DNA of 64,000 nt from positions 1,682-65,681 of the forward strand of contig JAMCYU010000004.1 in the NCBI GenBank assembly GCA_023473585.1. The letters run 5' to 3'. Source of the stretch: Patescibacteria group bacterium. Lineage in GTDB: Bacteria; Patescibacteriota; Microgenomatia; JAMCYU01. Shown here in pieces: positions 19,381-27,430 of the stretch. The translations under genes were made by a program, and so were the position numbers. Numbering within the stretch: position 1 is the stretch's first letter; each line of letters starts with the position of its first letter. A model generated the notes under the pieces. That model worked only from the letters and a program-made list of their open reading frames with translations. It ran no database searches and was not told where the DNA came from.

Positions 19381-19418
19381 TAGAAAATTAAAAACAGGAG
19401 AAGAAAAAAACTATGAAT

Positions 19419-20810
19419 TCAATTATCCTTTATTCGTGGTAAAACTCGCATTAGATCAACCACGTTATCATAATCAGCCAAAGTTAGTAAATTTTCAAAA
19501 TTTTTAATTCCTTCACTTTCTATTCCCATTTCTTGACAAAGTCTTTTTAGAATTTCTTTCATTCTTTTTTCATCGGGATGGACCCTCTTAACCATTTCCT
19601 TAAAAAGATTACGAACTGTTGTCTTTTGGCCTTCATTGGCTGGTTTGGGAAAATTGAAATAAGCTAAGGGAATATCATGGTCTTCCCCTAAGATTTTTTG
19701 AGTAAGATTAACAAATTCTTGATACTCATCATTATAGTCTCTGGCTGGTATGTTAATTGAAGGCTTTTCTTTACCCCATTTTTTCTCCGCCGCTTTTCTA
19801 ATTTTCAAATTCCGAAGGGCTCTTATGATTGGCAAGGAAAATGGACAGACCTTTTCGCAATGACCGCAAAAAAGACAAGAAGCTGGCTTAACCGGTGTTT
19901 TATTATAGACCTCCATCAGCCAATCTTTTGGCCCAAATTTTTCAAAATATCCCTCAAGCCGCAAAAATAAAGTAATGTTGATTCTCGCCGGACAACCGCC
20001 GTCGCGAGTAATACAATAACCGCACGCCCGACAGAAAGGAAGACCGATTTTTTTCACCTCTTTTTTTAATTTCTCCTTATCTTCTTTAGTAAAATTCGGA
20101 TTTTTCAAAACTTCAACCACATCTTCGTTAAGTTCTCTTTCATTTAAAATTCCCGGAATAACAGTGGAAATAGTGGGGTTGATCAAACAAAACCGTATGG
20201 CGGCAGCCGCATTTTTAAAAGTTCCTCCAGCCAAAGGCTTCATCACAATAACGCCAATGTTTTCTTTTTGGCAAAATGGCAAAAGAACTTTGGTTGCCTC
20301 TTGCTCTTTGAAATTAAAATTGACCATTAAAACATCAAAAAGCCCGGTTTTAGCCACTAAAAGAAGGGTTTCAAGATTGTGTCCAGAAACACCGATAAAT
20401 TTAATTTTCCCTTCTTTTTGAGCTTCTTTTAAAGCTTTTAAGGCTCCATTTTGTGAAAGAACCAAATCCAGCATCTTTTTATCTTTAAGATGGTGAATCA
20501 TGTAAAGCTCAATAAAGTCGGTTTGAAGGTTTTTAAGACTTTGGGTGATTTCCTCTTTCATTTCCTTGAAAGTAAGCACCGGACTTTTAGAAGCAATAAT
20601 CCACTCCGAGCGGCAAGATTTAATTATTTTACCGACTTTTAGCTCGGAGTCGGTCCAGGCCCTGGCAGTATCAATAAAGTTTATTCCACATTGGTGAGCT
20701 TTATTAATAATATCAGCCGCCTCTTTAAAGGAAACTCTCTGGATAGGAATTGCCCCAAAACCGATCTCGGAAACTCTTAAATTGGTTCTGCCTAAAATTC
20801 TAAATTTCAC
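19419..20810 (-). CDS. aldo/keto reductase-family oxidoreductase with C-terminal 4Fe-4S (ferredoxin-like) domain
   Basis: AKR N-terminus (GFGAIPIQR...) and C-terminal CRACGYC...CLFCGHCEKVCP cysteine clusters. Confidence 0.7.
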   Translation of the reverse strand: MKFRILGRTNLRVSEIGFGAIPIQRVSFKEAADIINKAHQCGINFIDTARAWTDSELKVGKIIKSCRSEWIIASKSPVLTFKEMKEEITQSLKNLQTDFIELYMIHHLKDKKMLDLVLSQNGALKALKEAQKEGKIKFIGVSGHNLETLLLVAKTGLFDVLMVNFNFKEQEATKVLLPFCQKENIGVIVMKPLAGGTFKNAAAAIRFCLINPTISTVIPGILNERELNEDVVEVLKNPNFTKEDKEKLKKEVKKIGLPFCRACGYCITRDGGCPARINITLFLRLEGYFEKFGPKDWLMEVYNKTPVKPASCLFCGHCEKVCPFSLPIIRALRNLKIRKAAEKKWGKEKPSINIPARDYNDEYQEFVNLTQKILGEDHDIPLAYFNFPKPANEGQKTTVRNLFKEMVKRVHPDEKRMKEILKRLCQEMGIESEGIKNFENLLTLADYDNVVDLMRVLPRIKDN

Positions 20811-21208
20811 TTTTTTGTTAAAGAGATAACACTACTTATTAAATCAGAAATCTTATCGGTTTTTTGGGCCATTTTTTCTAACTGGCATTGGTTTCCCTTT
20901 TTGTTGTCGTAAATTTTCTCGACAATTTTTTCTGCATATAAAGGAATTTTTCGTTCTTGGCAGAAAACGAGAGCTAAACTACTTGCTAAGAGACTAAAGA
21001 TTTCCTTAACTCCGGAAAAAACAGCAATTTTTGCCGCGGCCAAACCGATTGTTTTATCATAAATAGTTGCCTGTTTAAGAAAACCTTTTTTAGAAGCAAT
21101 GACTAAATCCAAAATCCCTTGATGATTTGATCGAAAAACTACGCTCCGACCGCTTTTAATAATAAGAGTATATTTTCCTTCTTTAATTTGTTGTAAATAT
21201 GTAGTCAT
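20807..21208 (-). CDS. hypothetical protein (133 aa), translationally coupled to the oxidoreductase
   Basis: 4-nt ATGA overlap with the downstream gene. No confident domain. Confidence 0.4.
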   Translation of the reverse strand: MTTYLQQIKEGKYTLIIKSGRSVVFRSNHQGILDLVIASKKGFLKQATIYDKTIGLAAAKIAVFSGVKEIFSLLASSLALVFCQERKIPLYAEKIVEKIYDNKKGNQCQLEKMAQKTDKISDLISSVISLTKK

Positions 21209-21248
21209 ATTCTAAATATAGCATATTATATTGATTTTTTATAGTTTG

Positions 21249-21343
21249 CGAAAATTTTGCAGGAAGCGCAGCCGCCTCCACATTTGCTCGCCCCGCCATT
21301 CGGCGGGGCTCGCTTCCCGCAAAATTTTTCGCGCCAGAAATAA
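21249..21343. repeat. partial internal copy R2 of the GC-rich repeat (self-complementary hairpin)
   Basis: cgaaaattttgcaggaagcg...gccccgcc-attc-ggcggggc...cgcttcccgcaaaatttttcg. About 85% identical to the 3' part of R1, in the same orientation. Confidence 0.7.
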
Positions 21344-21485
21344 AAAATAAGAAGGGAAGACACGCTTGGCTCAAGTCACCCATCCGCGCGTGTCAAAAAT
21401 GTAGTCCCTAAAAAGCAGGGGTATTTTGTTAAGAACCCATTGACATTCCATAAAAATTTCTCTACTCTAAAGATAGAGAAAATTT

Positions 21486-22343
21486 ATGAAAAAACATCTT
21501 CCCCAAAGCCATCAGGCTATAAGTAGTAAATTAAAATATCTACTTCCTGCACTCATTTTTTCTCTTGTTTTCTTCGGCACTGTAACTGCTGTCCAGAACC
21601 AAAACTCTACCCGCGTATTAGGAGAACAGACTGAACAGAAAGGAAATCAAGAAAACAAAGAAGGCACTGAGCCAAAAGAGCAAGTTGAACAGGCTGAGCC
21701 AACAGAAGCACCGGAGCCCACCGAAACTCCCGAGCAAGAACAGGAACATGAACAAGAAGCAGAAAAAATCCATCAGGAAGTGCAAAAGGAAATACAAAAT
21801 AATAATGTGGATAAAGTTGAACTTCATCCAACTTCAGAAAAACCTGGGGAAGGAACGTTAAAGATTGAAAAAGTAAATGGTTCCTCAACCGAAAAAACAG
21901 TCCCTTCTTCAGTCGCATCTCTTATTAGCATTCAAAATAGTCAGGCCGGAAGTGTTTCTATTAGTGTCAGCAAAAATGGTACAGTCACATTGGTTAATGG
22001 AGGTATTACAGTCCAGACGAATTACCCCGTTGTTATTGATCCTCAAACTCAAACAATTGCAATTAAAACAACAAACGGCGTGACTGTTATCAACTCACTT
22101 CCTTCGCAGGCACTAAACGGTGTCCAACCTATCGATAAGCCAACTACCATACAATCAGCGGTACTCGGGACACAAAATGGGCAAGCCTATTATGATGTAA
22201 AAGGAGTGCAACAGAGAAGGTTTGTTGGCTTGGTGCCAATTAAGGCAAACGTTGAAACAAAGATTGATGCGCAAAACGGATCAACAATATCTGTCAACAA
22301 ACCGTGGTATTTAAATATCTTTGGCTTTCTTTACTCCATATAG
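21486..22343 (+). CDS. secreted/membrane-anchored protein with E/P/T/Q-rich low-complexity linker
   Basis: N-terminal hydrophobic segment, an acidic EQ/EP-repeat linker and a T/V/N-rich beta-rich C-terminus. Confidence 0.5.
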   Translation: MKKHLPQSHQAISSKLKYLLPALIFSLVFFGTVTAVQNQNSTRVLGEQTEQKGNQENKEGTEPKEQVEQAEPTEAPEPTETPEQEQEHEQEAEKIHQEVQKEIQNNNVDKVELHPTSEKPGEGTLKIEKVNGSSTEKTVPSSVASLISIQNSQAGSVSISVSKNGTVTLVNGGITVQTNYPVVIDPQTQTIAIKTTNGVTVINSLPSQALNGVQPIDKPTTIQSAVLGTQNGQAYYDVKGVQQRRFVGLVPIKANVETKIDAQNGSTISVNKPWYLNIFGFLYSI

Positions 22344-22399
22344 CCAAAACTGTAATTCCCCATTTTCTTCCCATATTTCTTCCACTATAATACCTCTGT

Positions 22400-23083
22400 A
22401 TGCAGATTCTGATTGTGGAAGACGAGGAAAAAATCGCCAATTCCTTACGACGGGGGCTCTTGGAAGAACGCTATACTGTTGATCTGGCCCGCGACGGCGA
22501 AGAAGCGCTTTACAAACTTGACATCAACGAGTATGACCTGGTTATTTTGGATTTAATGATCCCCAAAGTGGACGGTATTACAGTTTGTCGCCAAATTCGC
22601 CAGACCAACTCTCATCTTCCCATTCTTATATTAACAGCTAAAGATGGGACCGAAGACAAAATTACGGGGCTTGACGCGGGCGCCGATGATTATATCACTA
22701 AACCTTTTTCTTTCTCGGAACTTTCGGCAAGGATAAGGGCTCTTTTCAGAAGGGGTCGCAAAGCGGATCCCACGATTCTTGTTTTTGATGATTTATCGCT
22801 TGACCCGGCCACGAAAACCGCCAAACGTAAAAATAAAGTAATTACCCTAACCGCAAAAGAGTATGCGCTTCTGGAATACTTTATGCGCTATCCAAACAAG
22901 GTTTTAACCAAGACAGAGCTATTGGAGCATATCTGGGATTATAATTATGACGGACTTTCCAACATGGTGGAAACGTATGTTAAATATTTGCGAAAAAAAA
23001 TAAAAGTGGACGGGCAAAGCCGTGAACTTATCCATACCATGCGGGGCTCAGGTTATATCTTAAAGAAAGACGATCATGTTTAA
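22400..23083 (+). CDS. OmpR/PhoB-family response regulator
   Basis: Receiver DEEK...D...ILDLMIP...K and a winged-helix output domain (LTAKEYALLEYF). Confidence 0.85.
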   Translation: MQILIVEDEEKIANSLRRGLLEERYTVDLARDGEEALYKLDINEYDLVILDLMIPKVDGITVCRQIRQTNSHLPILILTAKDGTEDKITGLDAGADDYITKPFSFSELSARIRALFRRGRKADPTILVFDDLSLDPATKTAKRKNKVITLTAKEYALLEYFMRYPNKVLTKTELLEHIWDYNYDGLSNMVETYVKYLRKKIKVDGQSRELIHTMRGSGYILKKDDHV

Positions 23084-23993
23084 AAAAGCGCGTATACAAC
23101 TGATATTTTTTTATTCTCTTGTTTTTCTCTTCTTCTTCTGGCTATCTAATACAACTTTATATTTATTGGTGGGTCAATCCTTAGGAGGCGACCCATCCTT
23201 AATAGTGTTTTGGGATACTTTATTTCTATTAAATATTGTCTTCATTTTTTTAGTACCCTTTATTGCCTGGTTTTTCACTTTGTTAACTCTTAAACCGGTA
23301 CAGAAAATTCATGAGCAGCAAAAACAGTTTATATCTGATGTGTCCCATGAATTAAGAACTCCTCTTTCCATATTAAGTAGCGAAATAGACGTAGCTTTGA
23401 AAAAAAATCGCCGGACAACATTTTACAAACAGATTCTGACCAGCAATAAACAGGAAGTGGGCCGTTTGGCAGCTTTAGTCGAAAACCTGTTATTTCTTGC
23501 CAGAGAAGATGAGGGGCAACAAACTGTAAAGTTTGAAAGAGTAGACATTACTGATCTTCTGGGAAATGTCACTGCTTCACTGAAGGACAAAAGCGTTAAA
23601 AAGAAAATCTCTATACATTTTGAAGCGGCAGAGGAGGCGGTGGTAGTTTCGGGACAACCAACAATGCTAAGACAACTTTTTCTCAATATTATTGACAATG
23701 CCATCAACTACACACCAATAAACGGCGCTGTGTGGGTTAGTTTGAGAAGCCAAAAGCAATATGCGCAAATAAAGATAAAAGATACAGGGATTGGTATATC
23801 AGAAGGGGATCAGAAAAAGATCTTTGAACGTTTTTATAGAGTAGATTCTTCCCGTTCTCAAGTAAGCGGTTACGGACTCGGCCTTCCTATCTGCCAATCT
23901 ATTGTTCGGCTTCATCAAGGAAGTATTATGGTTCACTCTCGTTTAGGAAAAGGGTCGGTATTTACCGTTCTACTTCCCAGAGCTTCCCGCTAA
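23076..23993 (+). CDS. sensor histidine kinase (2 TM, HisKA + HATPase_c)
   Basis: H-box VSHELRTPL, N-box IIDNAINYT, and G-boxes DTGIGI and GYGLGL. Confidence 0.8.
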   Translation: MFKKARIQLIFFYSLVFLFFFWLSNTTLYLLVGQSLGGDPSLIVFWDTLFLLNIVFIFLVPFIAWFFTLLTLKPVQKIHEQQKQFISDVSHELRTPLSILSSEIDVALKKNRRTTFYKQILTSNKQEVGRLAALVENLLFLAREDEGQQTVKFERVDITDLLGNVTASLKDKSVKKKISIHFEAAEEAVVVSGQPTMLRQLFLNIIDNAINYTPINGAVWVSLRSQKQYAQIKIKDTGIGISEGDQKKIFERFYRVDSSRSQVSGYGLGLPICQSIVRLHQGSIMVHSRLGKGSVFTVLLPRASR

Positions 23994-24081
23994 ATACCAG
24001 GTTTCTTCCACAGTCTTCCCATATCTCATTTTATATACTGACGTTGTTATTTATTTTTAATAAGAAAGGGGGTGAAAATAT

Positions 24082-24387
24082 ATGAACATCAAAAAAACAG
24101 TACCACTTGCTGCTTTGGCGTTGGTGCTTTTGGGTGGCGGTGCTTTTGGGATAAGTAGGGTGAAAGCAGCTCCTGTCCACGCTCAAACTCCAACTATCCA
24201 GTCTCAAAGTGCAACGCAGCAAACAGCTGATAAAGAAACCAACGATGGTGCAACTGAAGTAAAAGAGGCACGAGAAGGAGTTGAAAGTGTTGAACCCGCC
24301 AACGAACAGGCGCAGGAGAAAAACCTGCCAGGCGGCGGACACCAGGATCAAGGTCAGGCAGACCACCAGTTTGAAGGCGTTGAGTAA
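24082..24387 (+). CDS. small secreted protein (101 aa, signal peptide, Q/E-rich)
   Basis: Signal peptide MNIKKTVPLAALALVLLGGGAFG and a strong SD aagggggtg. Confidence 0.5.
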   Translation: MNIKKTVPLAALALVLLGGGAFGISRVKAAPVHAQTPTIQSQSATQQTADKETNDGATEVKEAREGVESVEPANEQAQEKNLPGGGHQDQGQADHQFEGVE

Positions 24388-24413
24388 TCTAGCTAGGAAC
24401 TGGGTGTGAAAGG

Positions 24414-24446
24414 AACGGAGGCATAACGCCTCCGTTTTCTTTTTAA
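24414..24446 (+). terminator. rho-independent terminator
   Basis: aacggaggc-ataac-gcctccgtt followed by a T-run. Confidence 0.6.
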
Positions 24447-24484
24447 AAACTTTTATTTTCTTTTTTCCTTCCTAATATCTAAAC

Positions 24485-24670
24485 GGCGCGAAAAATTTTG
24501 CGGGAAGCGAGCCCCGCCGAATGGCGGGGCGAGCAAATGAGGTGGCGGCTACGGCGATTCCTTTTCCCCTTAAACCCCTTTTCCTCGCCGCAGCCGCCGA
24601 CGCGCTATGATTTGTTACAGATTTTTGGTAAAATAAGTTCGAGCTTTTTGATAAAAGGAGCTCCAATTGG
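24485..24670. repeat. GC-rich structured repeat R1' (inverted copy of 19191..19380)
   Basis: About 90% identical to the reverse complement of R1. Ends in ggagctccaattggg. Confidence 0.8.
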
Positions 24671-24752
24671 GAAATCGCGGCGCTCGCTTTGCGAGCGCCC
24701 ATTCGTTTAACGCCTCAAATCGGACTTTTTTATCACAGAATTGCCAGTTCGT
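24660..24752. repeat. about 90-bp inverted repeat B (left arm) flanking the recombinase
   Basis: gctccaattgggaaatcgcggcgctcgctttgcgagcgcc... is the reverse complement of 26422..26513 (about 90% identity). Contains the hairpin GGCGCTCGC-ttt-GCGAGCGCC. Confidence 0.75.
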
Positions 24753-25036
24753 TTGTGCGAAGCACAAAATCAAACTTCGTTTGACATCCAATTTTTTGCC
24801 TTTCGTCAAAGACGAAAATTCCAGATTTTCAGAAAGAAAGCGCCAATTTACTCAGCCTTTGGCGGAGCTGCCCAAAAGCGAAAAGAATTTTTGCGATGCT
24901 ATTGAAAAAGTTTTGTAAAACTTGTTATACTAATGCTGGTTTCAGCATTAAAGGTCGTCCTTTTTAGTAGCCGTCTCGGACAATTCAGGGCGACTTGAGT
25001 TGAGACCACCGGGGCGGCTATTTAAGTTTTACAAAC

Positions 25037-26612
25037 ATGACTAACAACTTTCCGCAAAAATTCTTTCTCTATGCCCGCAAATCTACAGATGAAGCGGACA
25101 GGCAAGTTTTATCAATTGAAGCGCAACTAACTGAAGTCAGAGAGTATGCTCAAAAAGAAAATCTGTTGATTGTTCGTGAGTTTATTGAGACAAAATCAGC
25201 CAAACAACCAGGCAGAGAAATTTTTGAGAAAATGTTAGCGGGCATAGAGAACGGTGAGGCAAATGGAATTTTAGCGTGGCATCCGGATAGAGTCGCCAGA
25301 AATGCGGTTGACGCTGGAAAAATTATTCACCTTCTCGATAGAGGATTTTTAGCCACGCTAAAATTCCCCACTTTCTGGTTTGACAAAACTCCTCAAGGAC
25401 TTTTTATGCTCTCAATCGCTTTTGGGCAGAGCAAATATTACATCGATAATCTTTCGGAAAATATCAAGCGGGGCATACGCCAAAAACTACGAAAAGGAAT
25501 TTATCCAGGGGTGTGCACCACTTGGTTATGTTAACGAATTGAAAAATCACACCATTCTTAAAGACCCGGAAACTTGGCAAAAAGTCAGAAAACTTTTTCT
25601 GGCGTGTGCCGTAGGTAAATATACGCTTGATCATTTGCAAAAATTGGCGCTTTCTTTTGGCTTGGTGAGCCCAAGATCGAAAAGAAAATTATCAAACGCT
25701 ACTTTACAGCGATTGCTCCAAAACCCCTTTTACTATGGCTGTTTTCAATACAAAGGTGAGCTTTACGAAGGAGTCCATGAGCCAATAATTTCCCAGCAAC
25801 TTTTTGAAAAGGTGCAGCGGGTAATGAGTGATCGCGGAAAACCAAAGAAAGAAAATCAGGATTACAACTTTATTTACACTGGAATTTTTAAGTGTGGCGA
25901 ATGTGGTCGAGCTATCACCGCTGAACAGCATACTAAAAAATCTGGTTTGGTTTTCCGCTATTACCGTTGCACCAAAAAGGACACTGATTGTCAACAAAAG
26001 TTTCTCAACGAGAATGATTTATTTGCTCAACTCAACGATATTTTTCAAAAAGTTGCTTTACCAGACGGCTGGTTGAAACCAATCTTAAATAAACTTGACC
26101 AAGAGGAAAAAGAAATCAGCCAGTCGTCAAAATCTTTCGCCCAAAATCTCCAAAGAGAAATCGGTGAAATTGAAGTCAAGCTCTCCAAAGTCCTTGATAT
26201 GCAACTAGATGGTTCAATTTCTCTTGAGGAATACAAAAAGAAAAAGGAAGAACTTATAAACCGAAAAACCGGACTGAAACAAAAATTAGCTGATTTTGAG
26301 CGAAAGGGAAATTATTGGCTCGAACCGATGAGGAATTTCATTTTAGCCGCTCACCAAGCCAATTTATTAATAAATTCTGAAAATTTGGAAGAGAAGCGTA
26401 GCTTCCTGCAAAAAATTGGCTCGAACTGGCAACTCTGCGATAAAAAAGTCAGATTTGAGGCGTTAAACGAATGGGCGCTCGCAAAGCGAGCGCCGCGATT
26501 TCCCAATTGGAGCGGGATAGCGGAATCGAACCGCCTTCTCTACCTTGGGAAGGTAGCATACTACCGGTGTACTAATCCCGCACTAAAAAATCTAAACGAT
26601 TTTTCAGTGTAA
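25037..26612 (+). CDS. large serine recombinase (resolvase catalytic domain + recombinase domain + zinc ribbon + coiled coil), interrupted by a +1 frameshift
   Basis: Catalytic domain YARKSTDEADRQVLSIEAQ with the Ser nucleophile. After the break the frame continues ...PG/CAPLGYVNE, with zinc ribbon CGECGRAIT...YYRCTKKD. Frames 25037..25534 and 25380..26612 join at the G4 run 25508-25511. The ORF's 3' end reads through repeat B' and antisense tRNA-Gly. Confidence 0.75.
26422..26513. repeat. inverted repeat B' (right arm), immediately 3' of tRNA-Gly
   Basis: Reverse complement of 24660..24752. Confidence 0.75.
26508..26581 (-). tRNA. tRNA-Gly (anticodon CCC), CCA encoded
   Basis: Reverse complement: acceptor GCGGGAT/ATCCCGC, anticodon stem CTACC/GGTAG with loop TTCCCAA, T-loop TTCGATT, 3' TCCA. 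Confidence 0.75.
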
Positions 26613-26680
26613 ACACTAAAAAATTCTGAATCTAGTTCAGGTTGATTTTTTTAATTAAGCTTTTGAAAATATCCAGATTT

Positions 26681-27229
26681 TTATCTTGGCAAGGTTAAGA
26701 CATTGCCGGCGTGAATCAGGTTAGGGTTTACCAAATTATTCGCCTGGGCAATTTTTGACCACTGATAACCATCGCCATAAGCTCGAACCGCAATGTCCCA
26801 AAGGTCGTCACCCGTAACGACCGTATAACTTCCGCCGGTAATCGAAGGTGTTGCTGCCTCGGTTATGCCTGTTAAGGGAAGGATCGGTTCGACTTTGGGA
26901 ATCTTAAGCTGTTGTCCCGCCTCGAGATAATCAGGATTAGAGAGTTGATTTTCTTTAGCAATATCTGACCAGTTATAACCGGATTTGAAAAATTTTTCAG
27001 AAATTGACCAAAGAGTGTCTCCTTCGGCGACGGTATAGGTCGCTGGTAAAGCAACTTGTGCTTCTTTCTTTTCTTCGGTTTGTGATTGTCCCGCCTGACT
27101 GCCATTTTTACGACCTCCGGAAAAGAAATTGAAAAGCAAAATACCGATGACAATAACGACCAATAAACCCAAAGCCATGGAGACGTAAGATTCAGAGAGT
27201 TTTAAGCTTTTAAGAAATTTTTTCCACAT
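26681..27229 (-). CDS. LysM-domain protein (TM anchor + 2 LysM repeats)
   Basis: Two repeats of YTV..GD.LW.I.......W..I...N.L.NP..I..G..L.IP. Confidence 0.75.
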   Translation of the reverse strand: MWKKFLKSLKLSESYVSMALGLLVVIVIGILLFNFFSGGRKNGSQAGQSQTEEKKEAQVALPATYTVAEGDTLWSISEKFFKSGYNWSDIAKENQLSNPDYLEAGQQLKIPKVEPILPLTGITEAATPSITGGSYTVVTGDDLWDIAVRAYGDGYQWSKIAQANNLVNPNLIHAGNVLTLPR

Positions 27230-27280
27230 AACTTAATCTTCCCTCCTTTCCAGGCAGAAATTCAGGCAGATTCAGTTTAG

Positions 27281-27353
27281 CGGACCCGGCCGGGATCGAA
27301 CCGGTGATCTCGTCCTTGACAGGGACGCGTGTTAACCGCTACACCACGGGTCC
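27281..27353 (-). tRNA. tRNA-Asp (anticodon GTC)
   Basis: Reverse complement: acceptor GGACCCG/CGGGTCC, anticodon stem CGTCC/GGACG with loop CTGTCAA, T-loop TTCGATC. Confidence 0.7.
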
Positions 27354-27430
27354 AAAAAAAGAAACTGCCAGAGCCATAATAATAGATTATTGTCAAATAG
27401 TCAATCCTTTGCTATGATTTTAAGTGTCAT

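Larger units (their letters stand above)
24660..26513 (+). mobile_element. IS-like/integrative module: large serine recombinase gene bounded by about 90-bp imperfect inverted repeats, abutting tRNA-Gly
   Basis: Inverted repeats B/B' flank a single recombinase ORF. The right repeat starts at the CCA end of tRNA-Gly and the left repeat is fused to R1' at a shared 12-nt core GCTCCAATTGGG. Confidence 0.4.

Noticed and set aside
19197-19391. Small ORFs (64-76 aa) at 19197..19391 (+), 24472..24702 (-) and 21183..21383 (-) with similar peptide sequences
   Set aside because: They lie entirely within the GC-rich repeats R1/R1'/R2. The similarity is a consequence of DNA repetition, and the R2 ORF is on the opposite strand relative to the repeat, so coding is unlikely. 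They are interpreted as repeat or structured DNA, not genes.
26440-26612. C-terminal about 55 aa of the recombinase ORF (…NWQLCDKKVRFEALNEWALAKRAPRFPNWSGIAESNRLLYLGKVAYYRCTNPALKNLNDFSV)
   Set aside because: This part is a translation of repeat B' and antisense tRNA-Gly. The same peptide appears in the spurious ORF 24615..24809 over repeat B. The authentic C-terminus may lie upstream, but no in-frame stop occurs before 26612.
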